Shown here: positions 1 through 6,927 of the stretch, piece by piece
Layout of the letters: each line of letters starts with the position of its first letter
Position numbering within the stretch: position 1 is the stretch's first letter
Virus record (IMG/VR): IMGVR_UViG_3300025161_000006
Location: 1 to 64,000 of that record
DNA: 64,000 nt
Strand: one strand, 5' to 3'
Source of the DNA: a virus
Translations under genes and position numbers: made by a program
Notes under the pieces: model-generated
Seen by the model: only the letters and a program-made list of their open reading frames with translations
Database searches by the model: none
Told to the model about the DNA's origin: nothing

Positions 1-210
1 AGACATAACCACTTTTTCATACTCTTTTCATGGTAGTAAATTTTTATATCCATAGTCACCACAACTATGGTAAATATCGTCTAAGGCCGTGGTCACCCAA
101 TATCTCTTGGCCATAATCCTTATATCCGGCGCTACTGCCAGGACTATGGCCTATGTACTTCTCCCCAGGGATGGCGTGTAGGCAACTGGTTCAAGCCAAT
201 ACCAACACTT

Positions 211-278
211 TCAGGGGGTGGAGTCTCAACTGAGTTGAGTTGAGTATATCCTGCCTAGCAGGATACTCCACCCCCTGA
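211..278. repeat. Perfect 14-bp inverted repeat enclosing two triloop hairpins (three-way junction)
   Basis: TCAGGGGGTGGAGT (211-224) pairs with ACTCCACCCCCTGA (265-278); inner CTCAAC-TGA-GTTGAG and TATCCTGC-CTA-GCAGGATA. Confidence 0.9.
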
Positions 279-290
279 GTGGGGGAAGTT

Positions 291-363
291 AAAAAAAACC
301 CATGCTGCCTGCAATAGGCAGCTTATTTACCTGGCCAAGGGTGTGGCCAGTGAGAGAGGGCTT
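291..363 (-). terminator. Branched terminator-like structure after ORF 362-658
   Basis: - strand reads AAGCCC..[CTGGCCA-6nt-TGGCCAG]..[GCTGCCT-5nt-AGGCAGC]..GGG followed by T8. Confidence 0.55.
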
Positions 364-658
364 ACTTCCAGTAAGCCCTCAATTTATCCCTTATGATTCT
401 TAATTCATCATAAGGGATAAATGTCACTTCACGACCATCTTTGGTCGTGAAGCTGGCTATCTTGGGCACATAGCCCAAGATAGCCAAGCTCATCTCAGCC
501 ACCACAAGGTTGGTGGCTGAGAGAGCTGACAAGCTCTCGGGGGTTAACTCTTGCCCCCCTGAAGTAGCCTTCGCAGAGAAGGCTTCTTCAAAGAGGGCGG
601 GGTTGAGCCCCCCCCTAGGTCTTTGATTAGACATGAATGCCAATTTGCCAAAGTACAC
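362..658 (-). CDS. Hypothetical protein; first gene of the leftward (divergent) unit. GTG start at 658 or ATG at 634
   Basis: 98-aa ORF, GC-richer than the rest of the window, followed on the - strand by hairpins and a T8 run. Confidence 0.55.
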   Translation of the reverse strand: MYFGKLAFMSNQRPRGGLNPALFEEAFSAKATSGGQELTPESLSALSATNLVVAEMSLAILGYVPKIASFTTKDGREVTFIPYDELRIIRDKLRAYWK

Positions 659-742
659 GGGGGGTTTGAGAGAGGTGGTCCACCCTCACAAACTAGTCTA
701 TTCTCCCAAAGAAAGTTATTAGGCAGTAGTGAGTAGGGGTTT

Positions 743-859
743 GGAAAAATTTTAAAAAAATTTTTAAGGTAGGTATGGGAGGGGGTAGGGAGAAATTTTG
801 GTATGAGGTATAATACAGGGAGGGGGTATAAGGAAAAATTTTATAAAAAATTTTTAAGG
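743..859 (+). repeat. Direct repeats of A/T-tract and G-run motifs
   Basis: GGAAAAATTTTA(T)AAAAAATTTTTAAGG at 743-769 and 832-859; GGGAGGGGGTA at 777-787 and 818-828. Confidence 0.85.
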
Positions 860-1180
860 CAGGGGTTTTCAGTGTGGTACAAACAGCAAACTTCTCATTA
901 TCAGCAAGTTATTCTACAATACAGCAGTATCAGGCATTTCCAGAAAATCACTGATTTGGTATGGTAAAGGAACATATGCCAAATTTTGCATTTTAGTGGC
1001 TCAAATTTTAATTTTCTATCGAAGTGGATAGATAACTCAACTTTGAAAATAGCCTCTTAATTTGACCCCTCAGATTGCTTCTAATGCAATTTTGGCATTT
1101 AGGGTTTTAAGAAAGATTCTTTCCTTCTCCCCCACACCCCCTTATCCTATCTTCAAAGAAGTACAGGTTTTACTTACTAC

Positions 1181-1221
1181 ATTATTATATATTATATTAT
1201 TATATTATTATAATTATAATT
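1181..1221. repeat. Pure-AT low-complexity tract, (ATTAT)n-like
   Basis: 41 consecutive A/T bases. Confidence 0.85.
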
Positions 1222-1370
1222 CCAAGAATTGTGCCAGGCTTCTCAAGTTACACACAATCAGATACATAACTTCAGGCATACTGATATACAGATAGTTACA
1301 GGGTAGTATAACTACATACAATATTAATTTTTGTAAATAATTTTTGGTGTGAGAAAATAAAATTATTTTG

Positions 1371-1378
1371 TACATTTG
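1371..1378 (+). promoter_or_regulatory. Bacteroidota-type -7 promoter element (TAnnTTTG) at the head of the late block
   Basis: TACATTTG about 50 nt upstream of ATG 1428; TTTG at 1343-1346. Confidence 0.6.
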
Positions 1379-1427
1379 CTCGTCATTTTGATGGTATTAG
1401 TCAGTACTAATAAACACATCTCAATTT

Positions 1428-1805
1428 ATGGTTAGAGAAAGCTTAGATTTCAAGCTGTACTACTTGAAAAGGCTACTTGCTCTATACGTTCTTTTTACAA
1501 GAAAGTGGAACAAGGTTTCAGTAGAACAAACTGTTGGTGAATTCAAGGGTAAGAAAGTACCCACCATCACCATTAAGTATTATGACCCTACAGACCGCTG
1601 GTACTTACACTCAGATGATGAGAGGGCTTCTGAGTTTGAGATGAAAGAGTTTCCTCTAAGCCACCTTAGTAAGATAATTGTACGTTACAAGAAGAAGGTA
1701 GCAAATGAGTTTAAGAACAGGCATTCCAATACAGCCTTGAAGAAGAAATATCAGGCTGCTCGAGATACCAAAACTAATGTAACTATTGATACAAAAAATG
1801 GATGA
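1428..1805 (+). CDS. Hypothetical basic protein
   Basis: 125-aa ORF with genome-typical codon use, first of an overlapping operon. Confidence 0.7.
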   Translation: MVRESLDFKLYYLKRLLALYVLFTRKWNKVSVEQTVGEFKGKKVPTITIKYYDPTDRWYLHSDDERASEFEMKEFPLSHLSKIIVRYKKKVANEFKNRHSNTALKKKYQAARDTKTNVTIDTKNG

Positions 1806-1983
1806 TAAACAAGGCATTCCTCTTTCTACAGAGGATATAGTAATGTTAGTACGTGGTGAAAGACCTCCTCATATAGAATATGAGATGTATAGAAAACTAC
1901 GTACTGACTTACAGAAACAAACAAAGCATTACCTGAAAGGTAAGTTAGTTAAAATTCCTCAAAAGTCACGTTATGGCAAGTAA
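1798..1983 (+). CDS. Hypothetical protein (likely start MDDKQ at 1798)
   Basis: Short ORF overlapping both neighbours. Confidence 0.6.
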   Translation: MDDKQGIPLSTEDIVMLVRGERPPHIEYEMYRKLRTDLQKQTKHYLKGKLVKIPQKSRYGK

Positions 1984-2353
1984 AGTAATCCAGGTAACTG
2001 TTGACTCGGAGTTTAAGAAATATATGCTCGTATTCAGAATATTAGGTTCTTTGGGGGTAAAGGGATTCAGCGATTCATCAGAGAGAGAACTCCAGCTCTA
2101 TGCTACTCTTCTTATCAAAAGGAATAAGCTCATAGCTGATGGAGTAAAGGATAATTCCCACATAGAAACTTTACTGTTTACACCACAATCTCGTAAGGAG
2201 ATATGTGAGATGCTTGGTATAAAGATTGGAGTATTCAACACATATTTAAGTAGAATAAGACAATCTGGACTTATTACAAATTATACGTTAAACTATCCAA
2301 TTGGAACATTAGATGAGCTCACTATTAAATTTCAACGTAAAGATAACCTCTAA
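1973..2353 (+). CDS. Winged-HTH DNA-binding protein
   Basis: RKEICEMLGIKIGVFNTYLSRIRQSGLI fits an HTH pattern. Confidence 0.6.
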   Translation: MASKVIQVTVDSEFKKYMLVFRILGSLGVKGFSDSSERELQLYATLLIKRNKLIADGVKDNSHIETLLFTPQSRKEICEMLGIKIGVFNTYLSRIRQSGLITNYTLNYPIGTLDELTIKFQRKDNL

Positions 2354-2534
2354 GATTTACTTGCAGAATGGAGAAAACCCTGCTGAAGTTATGCAACATC
2401 TCTATACAGCACTGGCATCTTCGGGGAAGCCTTTTACATTGAAGTTAGTGAGCCATCCATTAACTATTATTGTTGAAGAATATAAAAACTCTAATTTCAT
2501 ATGGTTGGAAGAAAAATCACTCAGTATGAATTAA
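2313..2534 (+). CDS. Hypothetical protein
   Basis: 73-aa ORF filling the gap between coupled genes. Confidence 0.5.
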   Translation: MSSLLNFNVKITSKIYLQNGENPAEVMQHLYTALASSGKPFTLKLVSHPLTIIVEEYKNSNFIWLEEKSLSMN

Positions 2535-3439
2535 ACGGAACACCCGTATATACATATAATTCAATAAACGATGCGGCACAGACTATGGGTGTTAATGAAT
2601 CTACCATAAGAGCTGCAGTTAAGTATGGTAGACAATCCTGTGGATATCTCTGGAGAGCAGAGGAAGAAGCTAAGCCTAAAATCCTGTTCATTGATATAGA
2701 GACTGCACCAAATAAAGCTTATGTATGGAAGCTATGGAAAGAAAACATATGCACAGAGCAACTTATTGATGCATGGTTTATGCTGGCATTCTGTGCTAAA
2801 TGGAATGATGCTTCAAACTTTATTACTGCAGTACTATCTACAGAAGAAGTATTAAGAGAAGATGATTCAAGGATTATACAAAGATTACAGGCACTACTTG
2901 ACAAAGCTGATGTTGTTGTATCCTACAATGGAGATAAATTTGACTTACGACATATCAACACACGAATAGTCAAGTATGGTATAAGTAAACCAGCTCAGTA
3001 TAAGTCAGTTGATTTGATTAAGACAGCCAGACGTAAATTTGCCTTCCCGGGCAATAGTTTAAACGCTCTGGCTAATTATTTTAATATAGATGGCAAAATA
3101 CATGTAGACTTCTCTCTGTGGAAAAGATGTATGGAAGGAGATGCTTCTGCACTATCTGAGCTGGCTATATACAATAAGCGCGATGTACTCATTCTTGAAA
3201 AGCTGTATTATATACTAAGACCTTATGTGGTTGGGCATCACAATACAGGACTTTATGAAAACTATGATACTGAGTATGTATGTCCCTATTGTGGGAGTAC
3301 TCAGGTAACTTCCATTACAGATAAGCAATATACTACAGCAGCATATGCTTATGCTATGTTTAGATGCCAGAGTTGTGGTGCTATAAGCAGGTCAAGAAAT
3401 AATAGCTCAGGAAGGAAAGTAAAACTCTTACCACTATGA
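2501..3439 (+). CDS. DnaQ/RNase_H_2-like 3'-5' exonuclease with N-terminal NUMOD1-like HTH and C-terminal Zn ribbon
   Basis: Exo motifs FIDIET, YNGDKFD, YNKRDV; N-terminal QYELNG..YNSINDAAQTMG..GYLWR; CPYC/CQSC. Confidence 0.8.
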   Translation: MVGRKITQYELNGTPVYTYNSINDAAQTMGVNESTIRAAVKYGRQSCGYLWRAEEEAKPKILFIDIETAPNKAYVWKLWKENICTEQLIDAWFMLAFCAKWNDASNFITAVLSTEEVLREDDSRIIQRLQALLDKADVVVSYNGDKFDLRHINTRIVKYGISKPAQYKSVDLIKTARRKFAFPGNSLNALANYFNIDGKIHVDFSLWKRCMEGDASALSELAIYNKRDVLILEKLYYILRPYVVGHHNTGLYENYDTEYVCPYCGSTQVTSITDKQYTTAAYAYAMFRCQSCGAISRSRNNSSGRKVKLLPL

Positions 3440-3747
3440 ATACAATAAATACCAAGCAGATAATTACAGAGCTTGCTGAGAAGTATGGTATAAGTAAGGA
3501 CCAGGTAAGGGATGTGATAGTAGGTACATTCCGTGCTGTGAGGTATTATATGGGCAGTGCTCCTGATAGGGATAACCTTTATTTCCCTACTATCAGGGTA
3601 AAGGGATTAGGCTCTTTTGCCTGTCCTGATGATATGAAGTATGTGCTTGATAAGATAGTGAATAAGAGAAGAAAAGAAAAAGAAAGGAGGCTTCATGAAG
3701 CTCAAACTATTCGACTTGAAGGAGAAGCAGGTAATTATAGCTCCTGA
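3436..3747 (+). CDS. HU/IHF-like DNA-binding protein
   Basis: IITELAEKYGISKDQV...IRVKGLGSF; typical crAss position upstream of terminase. Confidence 0.7.
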   Translation: MNTINTKQIITELAEKYGISKDQVRDVIVGTFRAVRYYMGSAPDRDNLYFPTIRVKGLGSFACPDDMKYVLDKIVNKRRKEKERRLHEAQTIRLEGEAGNYSS

Positions 3748-4273
3748 AGCTCTGCTGATAAAGGAGTTTAAGGCTCTGTGGGATAGAGATAAGACCAGGT
3801 CTAAAGAGAAGGCTATTGAAGACCTGGCTTATGTATTCTACATAGCAGATATTAGCTCTCCTTATCGAAACTATGATGAAGAAGTACGTAGTGAGAAGGT
3901 AAAGGAAAGTGTAATATCTCAACCTGACTGGAAGGAAGATGATGCTATTAAAAAGGCCATTAGCAAGTATAAGGAGATTCATAAAACTTACTCTATGGGT
4001 CTTCTTGAAGATGTAGAGTATGGACTGTTTAAGATAAGGCAATACTTCAGAAATGCAGCAGAGGGACTTGCTGATGATACAGCAGGCAAGGTTACTGAAC
4101 AATACCTGTCCAATGTAGAGAAGGTTCAGAAGATGCTTACTGCAATAAAGAACCTTAAGGACATTGTGGATAAGGAAATGGTTGAGAATGCACGTATCAG
4201 AGGAGGAGGTACAATTAATCCAAGAGAAGTGCCAAAGAGTAAAAGAGATAAATATACTAAACGTAGCGTATAA
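3695..4273 (+). CDS. Conserved crAss protein, probable terminase small subunit
   Basis: Helical 192-aa protein upstream of TerL; KALWDRDKT..A.EDLAYVFY..D..SPY and C-terminal RGG. Confidence 0.55.
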   Translation: MKLKLFDLKEKQVIIAPEALLIKEFKALWDRDKTRSKEKAIEDLAYVFYIADISSPYRNYDEEVRSEKVKESVISQPDWKEDDAIKKAISKYKEIHKTYSMGLLEDVEYGLFKIRQYFRNAAEGLADDTAGKVTEQYLSNVEKVQKMLTAIKNLKDIVDKEMVENARIRGGGTINPREVPKSKRDKYTKRSV

Positions 4274-4683
4274 TGACAAAAGTGTTTTATCATCATCTGG
4301 ATTTGTACAAGTTTTTATTTATTGTAGGTATTACATCTGAAGATTTCTTCGATAGTATATTTCATAAGTTGCATGTAGAACCTATTGATACATCTGATAT
4401 TGCAAGTGCTGTTACTGTGCGTGTGAGTATACCGGAAGGAGAGTATAATAGAAAGGCTATAGTGTGTGCCTTTTGCATATCAGACGTAATGAAGAATCCA
4501 CTTACTCCTGGTATTGTAGCACACGAAGCTTTTCATGCTGCTGCAGCTATATTTGATGATGTAGGTGAGCTTACTGTAAAGAAAGACTTTCAGGAACCTT
4601 GGGCTTATCTAATAGGCTATCTTGTTGAACTCATATATAAAGATATTGGTAAATATGTCAAAACTTGTAAAGATATCAGATGA
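4273..4683 (+). CDS. Small zincin-like metallopeptidase
   Basis: IVAHEAFH plus downstream QEPWAY. Confidence 0.7.
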   Translation: MTKVFYHHLDLYKFLFIVGITSEDFFDSIFHKLHVEPIDTSDIASAVTVRVSIPEGEYNRKAIVCAFCISDVMKNPLTPGIVAHEAFHAAAAIFDDVGELTVKKDFQEPWAYLIGYLVELIYKDIGKYVKTCKDIR

Positions 4684-6838
4684 TATCATTGTAGCAAAAC
4701 CCTGGTCTGAGTTTGGTGTTACAGACAATCCTGTAAGAAATACAGACCAGCAATATCTTAAGTTCATTAACCCTTATGTGTTTAATGAAGAGGCAAGGCA
4801 TTTCCTCAGGTATGGATATTATATAGATGCACCAAAAGGCACAAGAGATTATGATGAATACTGGGATGAACAGGAGAAGAGAATACTTGAAGGATATTCT
4901 GTTGGTGGAGTAAGAATACCAGGCAGATTATACTATTACCTTAACTTTGGTATGATTAAAGCACGCCCTGTTGACCCACTCACACATAAAGAGAGCAGTA
5001 CAAGGAAGATACTTACCTTTCCTAAATTCCTTGACCATATTTACTATCTTTCTAATGAAGTAGAAAAGTCCTTTGCAGAGGGTCCTTATATAGACATACC
5101 AAAGCAGGGTATGATAATAGCTAAATCCAGACGTAAGGGTATAACCTTCTTCACTGCTAATGGTATATTCAGTTATAACTTTAACTTCCTTCCCGCATCT
5201 AATAATATTCTTGCTGCTTATGAGAAGCAGCATTACAAGGCTACTCTTGATGCTATACACTTTACACTCAATCATGTAAATAAGCATACAGCTTTTGCCA
5301 AGAGAAGGGATAAGCTAGACAAGAGAGACCACTTCAGGGCAAGCTTTATCTATGTCAATGAAGAAGGTATTGAGATAGAAGAAGGATATATGAGTGAGAT
5401 ACAGGCCGTATCTTATAAGGATAATCCCTTCAAGAACATCGGTGAGTCTGTTGATGTGATAGGGGTTGAAGAAGCTGGTAGGTTCAGAGAATTACTTGAA
5501 GCCTATGCTATCTTTGAGCCTACTATACGTGATGGGGATATAATGACAGGAGTACCCTTTATCTATGGTACAGGTGGTGATATGGAAGATGGCACTCAGG
5601 ACTTTGCTGAGATGTTTTATAATCCTGCGCCTTATGGACTTAGAGCATATCAGAATATATATGATGAGAATGCTGTAGGAGATTGTGGTTGGTTCATAGA
5701 TGATATGTGGTATTATCCAGGTACTTATGTTAAGAAAGTAACTATCTCACTACCTGATGGAACAAAGCAAGAGAAGGAAGAGTTATATGAGGCTGTAGAT
5801 TTAGAAGGTAATAGTATAAGAGATATTGCAGAGAAGTTACTTGATGAAAAGGCAGAGTTAAGGAAGAAAACAAGCAGACAGGCATACCTTAAGTTCTTAA
5901 CTCAGCAGCCTAAGACTCCTGCACAGGCATTCTTGCGTATATCTGGTAATGTATTTGATGCGGCAAGATGTAATGCCAGGCTGGGAGAGATAATGGCTAA
6001 TCCTAATAAGTATCTGTCAAGTATCTATAGAGCTGCTCTTGAAATAGATGTATCTACGGGTGGAGTAAAGTTTACACATGATACTGTCAATCAACCTATT
6101 TATGACTTTCCTATCAGAGATAATAAGAACAAGCCAGGATGTATTGAGATATATGAACATCCTGTACTGGGACAAGATGGTAAGCCCATCTCTGGTAGAT
6201 ACATAGCAGGTATAGATAGCTATGATAAGGATGTATCCTCAACAGTATCACTTGGTTCATTGCTTGTCCTTGACACTTATACAGATAGGATTGTATGTCA
6301 CTACAAGGGCAGACCTCCTTCTAATGTATTCTATGAGAACTGCAGGAGAATACTTAAATATTATGGTGCTGTAGCTAACTATGAACGCTCTAACCTTGGT
6401 ATTTATACGTACTTCTACAATCATAACTCCCTGCACTTGTTAGCAGATGAACCTGAAATATTAAGTGAGAAAGGACTATCTACAGGCAATCTCATAGGTA
6501 ATAACAAGAAGGGTACTGCACCGAGTGAGAAGGTGAATGCTTTGGGAATAGAACTTGCTATGCACTGGCTATCCAGGCCAGCATATGGCTATGACCAGGA
6601 GAGTGAAGTAACAAACTATGATATACTTCGCTCTGTACCTTTACTTAAGGAGTTAGCTGCATGGAATGACAAAGGTAACTTCGATGACGTATCAGCACTT
6701 GGCATGTTGATGATATACAGAGAAGATAAGGTAAAGACCATAACCAAGCTTGTTAAGAATGTCAAGACTATAAGAGATGACCCCTTCTGGTCAAGGCATG
6801 TAGGTAAGGTTGTATATAGTCAATATGTTATAGATTAA
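4655..6838 (+). CDS. terL: Terminase large subunit (likely start MSKL at 4655)
   Basis: Walker A KSRRKGIT, Walker B IGVEEAG, coupling motif YGTGG, RNase H-like IAGIDSYD and NFDDVSA. Confidence 0.95.
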   Translation: MSKLVKISDDIIVAKPWSEFGVTDNPVRNTDQQYLKFINPYVFNEEARHFLRYGYYIDAPKGTRDYDEYWDEQEKRILEGYSVGGVRIPGRLYYYLNFGMIKARPVDPLTHKESSTRKILTFPKFLDHIYYLSNEVEKSFAEGPYIDIPKQGMIIAKSRRKGITFFTANGIFSYNFNFLPASNNILAAYEKQHYKATLDAIHFTLNHVNKHTAFAKRRDKLDKRDHFRASFIYVNEEGIEIEEGYMSEIQAVSYKDNPFKNIGESVDVIGVEEAGRFRELLEAYAIFEPTIRDGDIMTGVPFIYGTGGDMEDGTQDFAEMFYNPAPYGLRAYQNIYDENAVGDCGWFIDDMWYYPGTYVKKVTISLPDGTKQEKEELYEAVDLEGNSIRDIAEKLLDEKAELRKKTSRQAYLKFLTQQPKTPAQAFLRISGNVFDAARCNARLGEIMANPNKYLSSIYRAALEIDVSTGGVKFTHDTVNQPIYDFPIRDNKNKPGCIEIYEHPVLGQDGKPISGRYIAGIDSYDKDVSSTVSLGSLLVLDTYTDRIVCHYKGRPPSNVFYENCRRILKYYGAVANYERSNLGIYTYFYNHNSLHLLADEPEILSEKGLSTGNLIGNNKKGTAPSEKVNALGIELAMHWLSRPAYGYDQESEVTNYDILRSVPLLKELAAWNDKGNFDDVSALGMLMIYREDKVKTITKLVKNVKTIRDDPFWSRHVGKVVYSQYVID

Positions 6839-6865
6839 TTAGATACTATATGAAAAGTTTATACC

Positions 6866-6899
6866 CTTGTTATGTATGTTTAAAATTTTAGTATCTTTG
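6866..6899 (+). promoter_or_regulatory. Bacteroidota-type promoter upstream of portal
   Basis: TATCTTTG at 6892-6899; CTTG at 6866-6869. Confidence 0.65.
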
Positions 6900-6927
6900 T
6901 CACACATATTATTATTTGTTGAGTATT

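Noticed and set aside
150-210. tRNA-like GGTTCAAGCC on the + strand
   Set aside because: No 5-bp T-stem with a 7-nt loop and no cloverleaf or acceptor stem
211-278. Hammerhead ribozyme (three-way junction)
   Set aside because: Conserved CUGAnGA and GAAA core is absent from the junction on both strands
1062-1295. 77-aa ORF
   Set aside because: TTG start and translation of a low-complexity AT tract; probably non-coding
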